A stretch of DNA of 64,000 nucleotides, from contig JBBRRY010000002.1 of NCBI GenBank assembly GCA_038245905.1, positions 32,001 through 96,000 of the forward strand, in the 5' to 3' direction. This stretch comes from Thermoanaerobaculia bacterium (GTDB lineage: Bacteria; Acidobacteriota; Thermoanaerobaculia; UBA5066). The translations under genes were made by a program, and so were the position numbers. Below are positions 1-9,048 of this stretch, piece after piece (the first letter of the stretch is position 1; the number at the start of each line of letters is the position of its first letter). Below the pieces are notes generated by a model. The model saw only the letters and a list, made by a program, of their open reading frames with translations. It was not told where the DNA came from and ran no database searches.

Positions 1-1656
1 CGCAACCATCGCCACCGGCTCCGGCAGGCCACGAGGCCGCGCCGAGGCCTGGACCGGCTGCCGTTCGTCCGGCTTCACGAGCGGGTTTCTCGGGATGTTG
101 AGGTCGTTGATCTTGACGGTCGGCGTGCGCGTCGGCGTGCCCGTGGGCGTCCAAGACGGCGTGTACGTGAACGTGGGCGTCGTCGTGGGCGTCACCGTCG
201 GGGTCGACGTGGGCGTCGTCGTCGGCGTCGGCGTAAGAGTCGGCGTATTCGTCGGCGTCACGCTCGGCGTCGAAGTCGGCGTCACGGTCAACGTGGGCGT
301 CGACGTGGGCGTCATCGAGGGCGTAAGGGTCGGCGTGACCGAGGGCGTGTTCGTGGGCGTCGGGGAAATCGTCGGAGTCCACGTCGGCGTGTAGGTCGGC
401 GTGACCGTGGGCGTATACGTCGGCGTCCCCGTCCACGTCGGCGTGTTCGAAGGAGTCGACGTCGGCGTCACGGTGGGCGTCGGCGTGACCGTGGGCGTGG
501 TGGTCGTGGTCGAGGTCGGCGTCACGGTCGGCGTCACGGTCGGCGTCGGCGTCCCGGTCGGCGTGTCCGTCGGCGTCCCGGTCGGCGTGACCGTGGGCGT
601 CCGCGTCGCCGTGCCGGTCGGCGTCGACGTGGGCGTCACCGTGGAAGTCGGCGTCACGGTCGGCGTACTCGTGGGCGTGTCCGTCACCGTGAAGGTCGGC
701 GTCACCGTGGCCGTATCCGTGGGCAGATTGGTCGGCGTGCTCGTCACCGTGGCCGTCCGCGTCGGCGTGTGCGTCGGCGTGCGCGTGGGCGTTCTCGTCC
801 GCGTCGACGTTCTCGTCGGTGTCCGGGTCGGCGTGTTCGAGGCCGTCGACGTCGGCGTGACCGTGGGCGTGATCGTCGGCGTCGGTGTGATCGTCGGCGT
901 TCTCGAAGCCGTGTAGGTCGGCGTGACGGTGGGCGTGATCGTCGGCGTCGGCGTTCGGGTCGGCGTGTCCGAGGCCGTCGAGGTGGGCGTCAGGGTAGGC
1001 GTGTTCGTCGAGGTCCCCGTCGGCGTCACGCTTGGGGTCGAGGTCGGCGTCGGCGTCAGCGACGGCGTGTTCGTCACCGTGAAGGTCGGCGTGACCGTCG
1101 GCGTGGACGAGGGGGTGCTCGAGGGCGTATTCGTGGGCGTCACGGTCAGCGTGGGCGTGACCGTCGGCGTTGAGGTCGGCGTCTCGGACGCCGTCGAGGT
1201 CGGCGTCAGCGTCAGCGTGGGCGTGAACGTCAGCGAGGGCGTCAGCGTGGGCGTCTCGGTAGGCGTCACGGTGGGCGTGATCGTTTCCGTGGACGTTGGC
1301 GTCACCGTTGGCGTCACCGTCGGCGTTTCCGTCGGCGTGACCGTCGGCGTATTGGTCGGGCCCGGGTTGCCGTCGAGGCATGTCACGCTCCAGACGAGCC
1401 GGCCGACGGAATCCTCGTCCTCGACGAGGGAGTGTCCGGTCACGTCCCAGCGCATCGAGCCGCTGACGTCCTGGAGGATGAGGAGGTTCGAGCGGAGAAG
1501 CTGCGCGGTGAGCTGGCGAAGGGGGTCGAACCCTTCCGTTCGGATCGCACCCTGCACAGTGCCCGCCCCGCCAAAGGCCATGGCGAAGAGAAGCAGGAAG
1601 GCGCACCCTTTCCTCACCGAGACCGGAAGAGCGACGGAGCGGCGAGGTTTCGTCAT
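1..1656 (-). CDS. PilY1/PilC-like type IV pilus tip adhesin, N-terminal part (runs off window start), with a long Pro/Thr repeat
   Basis: Own translation from ATG at 1656: [36 protein letters not shown] (signal peptide), then [12 protein letters not shown] (vWA MIDAS DxSxS), then the TPT repeat. Same frame at both ends, no stop seen down to base 1. Directly downstream of pilX. Absent from the ORF track because it has no stop in the window. Confidence 0.75.
   Translation of the reverse strand, partial: MTKPRRSVALPVSVRKGCAFLLLFAMAFGGAGTVQGAIRTEGFDPLRQLTAQLLRSNLLILQDVSGSMRWDVTGHSLVEDEDSVGRLVWSVTCLDGNPGPTNTPTVTPTETPTVTPTVTPTSTETITPTVTPTETPTLTPSLTFTPTLTLTPTSTASETPTSTPTVTPTLTVTPTNTPSSTPSSTPTVTPTFTVTNTPSLTPTPTSTPSVTPTGTSTNTPTLTPTSTASDTPTRTPTPTITPTVTPTYTASRTPTITPTPTITPTVTPTSTASNTPTRTPTRTSTRTRTPTRTPTHTPTRTATVTSTPTNLPTDTATVTPTFTVTDTPTSTPTVTPTSTVTPTSTPTGTATRTPTVTPTGTPTDTPTGTPTPTVTPTVTPTSTTTTTPTVTPTPTVTPTSTPSNTPTWTGTPTYTPTVTPTYTPTWTPTISPTPTNTPSVTPTLTPSMTPTSTPTLTVTPTSTPSVTPTNTPTLTPTPTTTPTSTPTVTPTTTPTFTYTPSWTPTGTPTRTPTVKINDLNIPRNPLVKPDERQPVQASARPRGLPEPVAMVA
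118..1362 (-). repeat. Low-complexity coding repeat (TPTxTPT; about 415 codons of Pro/Thr-rich linker)
   Basis: Plus strand is dominated by gtcggcgt/gtgggcgt units, i.e. ACG-CCG/CCC-ACG on the minus strand. This explains the spurious Val/Gly ORFs on +. Confidence 0.95.
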
Positions 1657-1680
1657 GGCTTTCTCATCCAATCACGGCTC

Positions 1681-2340
1681 TCAAGGGCCGATTGCGGCGG
1701 TCGCCGACCCGGTAATGGTGTTCGTTCCACCTTGGTTCACGTTTTTCTGTGCTCCGGTCGATCCCCCGCCGGTCGTCAGGAGGAGCTGCTCCTCGACGAT
1801 CTTCGTCACGACGACACCCGCCGCGAGCCGCACGGTTCCGACCGAAATGAGGTTCACGATGTTGTCGTTGTCGACGGTGTCGGTGCCCGTCGCGTCATCC
1901 ACGTTGTTGCGAAGGTAGAGCGAGTATGTGACCCGATCCACGACGGAGACCCCTGCGGGTGGCGGGATCGGGACGTCGAGGTATGCCCGGCGATCCAACA
2001 GGAGGCAGCCGGCGTTCGAAATGGTGGAAAGGTCCAGCACCTGCGCGTCGTATCCCCCGCCGGGCACCTTCAGAGTCGGTGCCGAGCGGGCCGCAAGAAT
2101 GAGCGACAGAGTCTGGACGCCACAGGCCGCCGGGGCGAGGTTGATGACTTCGGTCAGGAGGGCCTCGCCGCGCCTGAGGCCCGCGTCCGCCGCGTAGAAG
2201 CCCGCCTTCGAGATGCGCGTGTTGCCCGACAGGCGGTCCTCCATGGACGTGAAGTACGCGATGCCGACTCCCACGATCGTCAGGACGAGGAGAACGAGGA
2301 TCACCGAGATGAGGGCGCTGCCGCGTGTTCTCATCGTCAT
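1681..2340 (-). CDS. pilX: PilX-like minor pilin
   Basis: RG|SALISVILVLLVLTIVGVG class III signal lacking Glu5; 'AGFYAADAGLRRG' PilX N-terminal motif; order fimU-pilV-pilW-pilX-pilY1. Confidence 0.8.
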   Translation of the reverse strand: MTMRTRGSALISVILVLLVLTIVGVGIAYFTSMEDRLSGNTRISKAGFYAADAGLRRGEALLTEVINLAPAACGVQTLSLILAARSAPTLKVPGGGYDAQVLDLSTISNAGCLLLDRRAYLDVPIPPPAGVSVVDRVTYSLYLRNNVDDATGTDTVDNDNIVNLISVGTVRLAAGVVVTKIVEEQLLLTTGGGSTGAQKNVNQGGTNTITGSATAAIGP

Positions 2341-3767
2341 CCCCTCGGAATCCGGTTGCGCAGCATCAGGGTCGCCGTCGCGCGGTAGTGGTCGAACTGA
2401 TCGTAAAGAGGCTTCAACCCGACCATCGTCACGGCGTGATCCTCCGAAGCCGGACGGAAATGCTGGTTAGGGGTCTTGGTCGGGTCCGCCACAACCAGGT
2501 CGTCATCCGCGCCCACGTTCGTGAGCTGACGGGCGCCGATCGGGAGGAGCGGGGATCGCCCCGTGACGGAGAACCTGAGGCCGATCACGTTTGCGATGTC
2601 GAGAGCGGGAGGACCCGCGGCGAAATTCGGCCCCGCCTGGAAGGGAACGCGCCCGGTGCATCCGGGCGCCGCCAGCGCCGCGCATCCGGGAGCCGCCGGA
2701 TTGATCGTCTGGGAGGCCGTATTCCAGACGAGCCCGCCCCCTCCCGCGGCCGCGTCCTGCGAGAACACGTAGGCGACCTGCAGATCCTCCACGTTCTCCA
2801 TCACGTTCGTGAAGGCCACACCCGGGTTGTCCGTGTTCGGGTCGAAGAGACCGAGCTTCTGCTGCAGCTTCGGAAGCCCGTCGACGCTGTCCGTGAGGAC
2901 GCGGAAGGAGATCACTTGAAGACCCGTGACGAGGAAAACCGGATCCGTGAGGCTCGCGACTGGGTTCGGGGCGGCGGGAAGCGCCGCCGTGGCCGTATCG
3001 GCCGTCACGTGAATGTTCTTGAAAGAACCCGCGGTCGTGTCGGTGCAGAGCCCGTCCACCAGATAACCCGCGGCCGGAATGCTCACGTAGGACCATCTCC
3101 CGTTCCTGTCGACGAGCATGAGGAGGGCGCTCGGCGTCGTTCCGTCAGATCCCGTCGCCGCCTGAAAGGCCAACCGATTCGCCGCATCGTCATTCAACGG
3201 GCCGCAGCCGACCCGGAAGTTGAACCACAAATCGACGTTCGCCCCGAGCGCCGGGAACCCCGTCGGCCCAGGCCAGGCCTGGTACCGGGCGGGATCGAAG
3301 GGAGCCACCATCGTGATCACGTCGGTTCCGACATCGCCGAACGCGGTCGAGGTATTGGCGGGCCTGAGCCCGCTCGCCGGCAGGAGAGAGTTCAAGGGCT
3401 CCGCACCCAACCCAATCCCGACGAGGTTGTTGTACGAGGCCTGCGTCGAGACCCCGTTGAGGTTGTAATACATGACCAGCGCGTTCGGGCTCGGGTGCGC
3501 GGAATCGACGTAGTTGGCGTCGGAAGCACCCGCGAAATAGTATGAGAGGTAGTCGGTCGCGCGGCGTGCCGCCTGGCGGGGAAGCATGAAGTACTGCTGC
3601 CGTTCCGCGAAGGCGCGCATCTGGAAAAGCATCGTCATCGCCACGACGAGGATGATGACGAGGAGCAGCAGCGAAACCATCGCCTCCAGAAGCGTGAAGC
3701 CCCGGGACAGGCCCCGGCGCCCGCGGCCATGGCTCTTGCTACTGTTACTGTGTGAACTGGGCCACAT
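2337..3767 (-). CDS. pilW: PilW-like minor pilin (large)
   Basis: RG|FTLLEAMVSLLLLVIILVVA; C-terminal 'MENVEDLQVAY' and 'LMLRN' motifs typical of PilW; 4-bp overlap with pilX. Confidence 0.8.
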   Translation of the reverse strand: MWPSSHSNSSKSHGRGRRGLSRGFTLLEAMVSLLLLVIILVVAMTMLFQMRAFAERQQYFMLPRQAARRATDYLSYYFAGASDANYVDSAHPSPNALVMYYNLNGVSTQASYNNLVGIGLGAEPLNSLLPASGLRPANTSTAFGDVGTDVITMVAPFDPARYQAWPGPTGFPALGANVDLWFNFRVGCGPLNDDAANRLAFQAATGSDGTTPSALLMLVDRNGRWSYVSIPAAGYLVDGLCTDTTAGSFKNIHVTADTATAALPAAPNPVASLTDPVFLVTGLQVISFRVLTDSVDGLPKLQQKLGLFDPNTDNPGVAFTNVMENVEDLQVAYVFSQDAAAGGGGLVWNTASQTINPAAPGCAALAAPGCTGRVPFQAGPNFAAGPPALDIANVIGLRFSVTGRSPLLPIGARQLTNVGADDDLVVADPTKTPNQHFRPASEDHAVTMVGLKPLYDQFDHYRATATLMLRNRIPRG

Positions 3768-4311
3768 AGTCCACTCTCTTGCCGCCGCCGTTCGTGCCGA
3801 TTCCCAGGTAACGCGAATCGCCGGCAGCGGCGGCGGCGGTCGTCGGCACTGCCGAGACCGTGATCACCCAGACGGCGACGCCGCTGTTCAGCGTCTGGTT
3901 CGCGTCTTGCGCGATCCTGTAGCTGATCTGGTACGGGCCGTTCGACGTTTCCATCACGTTCGCTCCCGCAGGACCCCAGAACGCCCACCCGGAATCGCCG
4001 CTGAGGTACGGAAGATTCCTGGTGACCGCACCGAGCGCGGGGATGTCGGTGGTGCCGATCACGGCGTCCGTCGCAAGACCGCGCGACGTCACGTAGTAGT
4101 ACCAGCGGATGTTCTCGACGACCTGCTGGCACTTGAAGAGCAGCTGCGTGCGCGCCGCCGAGCCCTTGTTGACGATGAGCGACACCGAGAACATCTGGAG
4201 AATGCCCACGAGGACGAGCGCCATGATGCTCATGGCGAGGAGCACCTCGACGAAGCTGCTGCCACGGCAGGAGCGGAAGCGGCGGTGCATGCGGAAGTTA
4301 CGCTCAGCCAT
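3745..4311 (-). CDS. pilV: PilV-like minor pilin
   Basis: RG|SSFVEVLLAMSIMALVLVGILQMF class III signal with Glu5; operon position. Confidence 0.75.
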   Translation of the reverse strand: MAERNFRMHRRFRSCRGSSFVEVLLAMSIMALVLVGILQMFSVSLIVNKGSAARTQLLFKCQQVVENIRWYYYVTSRGLATDAVIGTTDIPALGAVTRNLPYLSGDSGWAFWGPAGANVMETSNGPYQISYRIAQDANQTLNSGVAVWVITVSAVPTTAAAAAGDSRYLGIGTNGGGKRVDYVAQFTQ

Positions 4312-5122
4312 TTTGATCCACCCACGCAGGCGTAGAGTCCTTGATCTGTTTGACGACGCGAACGCTCCAGACGGGGTTGATGTTGAGAATGTACCGCGTC
4401 GGAGGCTGGAAGGTCTGGTTGACGACGTCCACGTGCGTGAAGACGAGCGTGGCCGGCCCCGCGATCTGCCGGCCCGTCGAAGCGGGGAGGCCGGCGTTCG
4501 GAGCGAAGGGCTTCGGGCCGACCGCCATCGCGCGCCCCTGGAGGTCGCACATGATGACGCGCGGAGCGGTCCAGAGCAGGGCGTTGTCCGACCAGAGCGT
4601 CGACTGGATCTCGGCCGTGTTCAAGACGGACAGGCAGAACTCCTGGTCCACACCGGAGATCCCCAGCGTTCCGGAGAGCCCCTTCACGATGATGTTGTAC
4701 TGGTCGATGAGGAGATCGGGGCATGCGGCCGTCGGCACCCTCTGAAAACATTCGAGGACTTCGTCTCCCGTGGACGACAAGACGCCGCCGGGAGCGCTCT
4801 GGTCCCCGACCAGGTAGATGGGGAGAGTACGGGAGGCTCCCGCGATGACGAGAGGACCCACCTGCACGAACACCGGGTTGCCGCGGCGGAACATCTCCGA
4901 GTACGCGCGCTGGAGGAGGACCTTGATGTCCGAGGAGGCGCTCTGGAGCTTCTGGCGTTTCCAGGCCCTCGAGATCTCGCCTCCGCCGATGACGGCGATG
5001 ATGCCGAGGATCATGATGACCACCAACAGCTCGACGAGGCTGAATCCCCTCCGGCCGCGCGGACGGGCCGAGCACGGGATCGGACTCAGGAGCAAAAGCG
5101 GCCGGTTCTTGCGGTTCTTCAT
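4304..5122 (-). CDS. FimU/FimT (GspH-like) minor pilin
   Basis: RG|FSLVELLVVIMILGIIAVIG, followed by 'KLQSASSDIKVLLQRAYSEMFRRGNPV' (FimT/GspH-like helix). Start chosen at ATG 5122. Confidence 0.78.
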   Translation of the reverse strand: MKNRKNRPLLLLSPIPCSARPRGRRGFSLVELLVVIMILGIIAVIGGGEISRAWKRQKLQSASSDIKVLLQRAYSEMFRRGNPVFVQVGPLVIAGASRTLPIYLVGDQSAPGGVLSSTGDEVLECFQRVPTAACPDLLIDQYNIIVKGLSGTLGISGVDQEFCLSVLNTAEIQSTLWSDNALLWTAPRVIMCDLQGRAMAVGPKPFAPNAGLPASTGRQIAGPATLVFTHVDVVNQTFQPPTRYILNINPVWSVRVVKQIKDSTPAWVDQNG

Positions 5123-5143
5123 CGAGAAAGTCCGTCCCTTAAA

Positions 5144-5159
5144 AGCGAGGTTCGTGCCC
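5144..5159 (-). promoter_or_regulatory. Candidate sigma54 (-24/-12) promoter of the minor pilin operon
   Basis: Minus strand GGGCACGAACCTCGCT versus consensus TGGCACG-N4-TTGCW; about 20 bp upstream of the ATG at 5122. Confidence 0.4.
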
Positions 5160-5346
5160 AACCTCTTTCTTGGAAGCCAAATGATTCCTGGAAAGCATGT
5201 TACACCCGTCGAGAGGCAAGGTCATCACCGCCATCCCACGCACGAACAGACACTTTTCGTAACACTCAATGCCCGGCGGCGGACGATTCCCGCGCAAGGC
5301 GCGAACCGGCGCGCTCGGCTACGATAGAGAACATGGAGCTTCGCTG

Positions 5347-7872
5347 ATGGTCTTCGAGAAGCTGCGCGGCCTGCGTTCCGAGCCGGCCTTCGTCGCCCAG
5401 CTCCGCGAGCATAAGTGGACGAGCGACCAGCAGAAGAGAGAGCTCCTCGAGAAATTCCAGAGCGTCTCGAAGCCGGACGTCGAATGGGTCGCCTGGACGG
5501 CCCTCGACCAGACCCCGGAGATTCGGGCGGCGGGCCTCGCGATCCTGAAACGGCGCCACGATCGGGCCGGCCTCGAGGCGCTCGTCCCTCTCCTCAAGAC
5601 CCGCTCGGAGGCCGTCCGGCGCGCGGTCATGCGTTTTCTGAAAGACCTCGCGGGCCCGCAGCTCGGACCTTTCCTCCAGGAGGTGGCGTCCCGCGGCGAC
5701 GACTTTGCGCGGCTCGCGGCCCTCGATCTCGCGCGTGAGCTGCCCGCCGAGGCCGCCTTCGACATCGCGCGCCGAGTCCTCACCGCGGCGAACCCCGCGG
5801 TCCGCGCCCGCGCCCTGAAGGCCGTGAGCGAGATGAGCTTCGAGGGAAGCGCGGCGGTGGCCGCGAGCCTTGCCGTTCCCCTCCTCCAGGACGAAAGCGA
5901 GGAGATCCGGTACTCCGCCCTCGCCGTTCTCGAGAATAATCCGAACGAGAGCTACTTCCCGGACGTTCTCCAGATGGCCCGCACGGGCGGCGGGCGCGTC
6001 GCGGAGGCCTCGTTCGCGGCCATCAAGCGCCTGCTCGCGTCGGCCAAGCAGGATCACACCCCGGAGATCGTGCCGCTCCTGGCCGACGGGAACGCGCTCG
6101 TGCGCCAGGGCGCCGTGAATCTCCTCATGCCCTTCGCGCCGGAGCTCCTCGCGCGCCGGCTTCTCGAGCATTTCCGCGGCTCGTTCGTCTGGGTTCGCGA
6201 CCGCGCGGTCGAGACGGCCCGGGACGGTCTTCCGGGGTTCGTGAACGCGCTCCTCACGCTCACGAACGATCCCGATCCGGCGTTCGCGAAGGCGGCGTCG
6301 GAAATGACCCTTGCGCTTTCCGACGTCAAGGCGCTGCCCGTGTGGATCAAGCTCGTGGACGACCGCGACCTCTGGGTACGGACGCGGGCCGTCGAGGCGC
6401 TCGGCCGCTTCGGCAAGGGAAACGACGACGTCCTCGCGCGCCTCCTCGCAGCGCTGAAAGACCCGGAGCTCGTCATCGCGGCCGCATCGGCCGTCGGGGA
6501 TCTCGGCGACAAGCGCGCCGCGCAGCCGCTGCTCGACGCGTTCAAGGCCGCCGCGACGCGTCCCGACGTCCAGATGGAGATCCTCGACGCGATGGGACGG
6601 CTCGCGCTTGCCGAGCCCGGAGTGCAGTCGCAGATCGCGACGATCTGTTCGCGGGTCTCGCAGATGGCACAGCTGGACGCCGCGGTTCGCGAACGCGCCC
6701 GCCGGCTCGTCGGCAGGCTCTCGGGCGACGACGCCCGCGACGCGCTCCCGAATATCGAGCCGGAGATCGAGGCCGTCAACCTCTCGGGCAACATCGGCGC
6801 GCGGCTCGTCGAGTTCCTCGCCGACACGGTCAAGCACGGCGCCTCCGACCTCCACCTCGCGACCGGATTCGTGCCCCATCGGCGAGTGCAGGGCGTTCTC
6901 GAGCCCGTGGATGCGCCTCCTATGACCCGCGCGCGTGCGGCCCAGCTCATCCGCGAAGTGCTCGACGAGACGGAGTGGAAGCGTCTCGAACGCGAGCGGC
7001 AGATCGACGTCTGCCTGAAGCTGCCCGGACTCGGGCGCTTCCGCGCGAACTTCTATTCCCAGCGCGGCGGCTTCGACGCGTGCTTCCGCGTCGTCCCGAA
7101 GTCGATTCCGACGATCGAGGAGATCGGGCTCCCCTCCTCCCTCTCCGACGTCCTGAAGTTCACGCAGGGACTCGTCCTCGTGACCGGCCCCTCAGGATGC
7201 GGGAAGTCCACGACGCTCGCGGCGCTCATCGACCGAATCAACGAAACGCGCCCGTGCCACATCATCACCGTCGAGGACCCTGTCGAGTTCGTCCACCAGA
7301 ACAAAGAAGCGCTCGTGAACCAGAGGCAGGTGCCCCACCACACGGCCTCGTTCGCGCGAGCGCTCAAGGCCGCCCTCCGCGAAGACCCGGACGTGATCCT
7401 GGTGGGCGAGATGCGCGACCTCGAGACGATCTCGCTCGCGATCACGGCCTCGGAGACGGGCCACCTCGTGCTCGGCACCCTGCACACGACCAATGCTCCG
7501 GCGACGATCGACCGCGTCGTCAGCTCCTTCCCCCCCGGTCAACAGGGCCAGATCCGCGTCATGCTCGCGGACTCCCTGAAGGCCGTCGTCTCCCAGGCTC
7601 TCCTGCCGCGCCGCGGGTTCGCGGGCCGCGTGGCCGCCTTCGAGATCCTGCGGACGACCTCCGCGGTGTCCGCGCTCATCCGCGAAGGAAAGACGCATCA
7701 GCTTCCGTCCCAGCTCCAGACCGGCCAGAGCGCCGGCATGATCACGATGGACCAGTCGCTCATGAAGCTCTGCGAAGAAGGCAAGGTGGATCCCGAGAGG
7801 GCCCTCGAGAAGGCGCTCAAGAAGGAACCCTTCGAGAAGCTACTCGCCGACGAGAGGCAGGCGCTCGAATGA
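5347..7872 (+). CDS. pilT: PilT/PilU-family pilus retraction ATPase with a long N-terminal HEAT-repeat region
   Basis: N-terminal ~470 aa of HEAT-like repeats (LLQDESEEIRYSALAVL; LVDDRDLWVRTRAVEALGRFG). C-terminal PilT domain: ASDLHL, GPSGCGKST, TVEDPVE, LREDPDVILVGEMRD, GHLVLGTLHT, AVSALIREGK. Confidence 0.88.
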   Translation: MVFEKLRGLRSEPAFVAQLREHKWTSDQQKRELLEKFQSVSKPDVEWVAWTALDQTPEIRAAGLAILKRRHDRAGLEALVPLLKTRSEAVRRAVMRFLKDLAGPQLGPFLQEVASRGDDFARLAALDLARELPAEAAFDIARRVLTAANPAVRARALKAVSEMSFEGSAAVAASLAVPLLQDESEEIRYSALAVLENNPNESYFPDVLQMARTGGGRVAEASFAAIKRLLASAKQDHTPEIVPLLADGNALVRQGAVNLLMPFAPELLARRLLEHFRGSFVWVRDRAVETARDGLPGFVNALLTLTNDPDPAFAKAASEMTLALSDVKALPVWIKLVDDRDLWVRTRAVEALGRFGKGNDDVLARLLAALKDPELVIAAASAVGDLGDKRAAQPLLDAFKAAATRPDVQMEILDAMGRLALAEPGVQSQIATICSRVSQMAQLDAAVRERARRLVGRLSGDDARDALPNIEPEIEAVNLSGNIGARLVEFLADTVKHGASDLHLATGFVPHRRVQGVLEPVDAPPMTRARAAQLIREVLDETEWKRLERERQIDVCLKLPGLGRFRANFYSQRGGFDACFRVVPKSIPTIEEIGLPSSLSDVLKFTQGLVLVTGPSGCGKSTTLAALIDRINETRPCHIITVEDPVEFVHQNKEALVNQRQVPHHTASFARALKAALREDPDVILVGEMRDLETISLAITASETGHLVLGTLHTTNAPATIDRVVSSFPPGQQGQIRVMLADSLKAVVSQALLPRRGFAGRVAAFEILRTTSAVSALIREGKTHQLPSQLQTGQSAGMITMDQSLMKLCEEGKVDPERALEKALKKEPFEKLLADERQALE

Positions 7873-9020
7873 GCGAGGCGCCTCCCGTCCGTGCCGCCGA
7901 GACGGGCGCGAACCGGATCGACACCCTCCTCCGGATCGTCGTCGACAAGAAGGCCTCGGACCTACACCTCGCCGTGGGCTCGCCGCCGATGGTCCGCGTG
8001 GACGGCGATCTCATACGGCTGAAGTGGCGCACGCTGACCGAGGAGGAGTACGAGAGCCTCGTCGCACCGATCGCCCCGGAGAAGCCCTTCAAGGACTGGA
8101 AGGAGACGGGCGACGCCGACTTCGGATACTCGATGGGAAAGATCGCCCGCTTCCGTGTGAACCTGTTCCGGCAGGAGCACGGGTCCGGCGCCGTACTCCG
8201 CATGATCCCGCCGAAGGTCCTCACGATCGAGGAGCTCGGACTCCCGCCCATCGTCGCGAACGTCGCGCGTGTTTCGCGCGGCCTCGTGCTCGTGACCGGC
8301 CCCACGGGATCCGGCAAGTCCACGACGCTCGCGGCCCTCCTCGACTGGATCAACCGCACCCGCGCATCGCACATCGTGACGATCGAGGACCCCGTCGAGT
8401 TCATCCACGCGCCCCTGAAGTCGCTCATCTCGCACCGCGAGCTCGGTTTCGACACGCCGACGTTCGCGGGCGCGCTCAAGGCCGCGCTTCGCGAGGACCC
8501 CGACGTCGTCCTCGTCGGCGAGCTTCGCGACCTCGAGACGATGTCGATGGCGTTGCAGGCCGCCGAGACCGGGCTCCTCGTCTTCGGCACGCTGCACACG
8601 AATTCCGCCGCGAAGGCGGTGGACCGCCTCATCGACAGCTTCCCCGCCGAGGAGCAGGAGCAGGTTCGAACCGTCCTGGCCGAAGTGCTGAAGTCGGTCG
8701 TCGCCCAGGTGCTGCTGAAGAGGAAGGGCGGCGGACGCGTGCCCGCGTTCGAGGTCCTCCGCGGCTCCTCCGCGCTCTCGAACAGCATCCGCGAAGGCAA
8801 GACGAACATGATCTCGACCCTCATCCAGACGGGCCGCAGCGGTGGGATGATCGGAATGGACCAGTACCTCGCGGATCTCGTCGCGGCAGCCACCGTCGAA
8901 CCTGAGGAGGCGCTCGAAAAGGCCCTGGACAAGGAACAGTTCAAGGGACTCGTCGAGAAGCGGAAAACCGCGGCAAACCGCCCGCCGGCGCCCGCGGCGG
9001 GCGCCGCCCTCGAACCCTGA
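7869..9020 (+). CDS. pilT: PilT/PilU-family retraction ATPase (second copy)
   Basis: Start at the ATGA overlap (MSEAPPV); ASDLHL, GPTGSGKST, TIEDPVE, REDPDVVLVGELRD, GTLHT, ALSNSIREGK. Confidence 0.92.
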   Translation: MSEAPPVRAAETGANRIDTLLRIVVDKKASDLHLAVGSPPMVRVDGDLIRLKWRTLTEEEYESLVAPIAPEKPFKDWKETGDADFGYSMGKIARFRVNLFRQEHGSGAVLRMIPPKVLTIEELGLPPIVANVARVSRGLVLVTGPTGSGKSTTLAALLDWINRTRASHIVTIEDPVEFIHAPLKSLISHRELGFDTPTFAGALKAALREDPDVVLVGELRDLETMSMALQAAETGLLVFGTLHTNSAAKAVDRLIDSFPAEEQEQVRTVLAEVLKSVVAQVLLKRKGGGRVPAFEVLRGSSALSNSIREGKTNMISTLIQTGRSGGMIGMDQYLADLVAAATVEPEEALEKALDKEQFKGLVEKRKTAANRPPAPAAGAALEP

Positions 9021-9048
9021 GAGCAACTCCCGATCGGAGAGGGAAGGC

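Noticed and set aside
118-1362. Possible CRISPR array or non-coding tandem repeat
   Set aside because: No constant repeat with unique spacers; the variation is codon-structured and no cas genes are present.
95-1918. Val/Gly-rich plus-strand ORFs (95-394, 401-916, 923-1918)
   Set aside because: They are antisense shadows of the minus-strand Pro/Thr repeat gene; they are broken by TAG stops while the minus frame stays open.
6342-7868. 892-aa extended version of the second PilT, and similar extended starts for korB, glnK, speA and the permease at 46805
   Set aside because: The extensions overlap upstream genes in another frame or strand; homology begins at downstream starts, most of them at stop/start overlaps.
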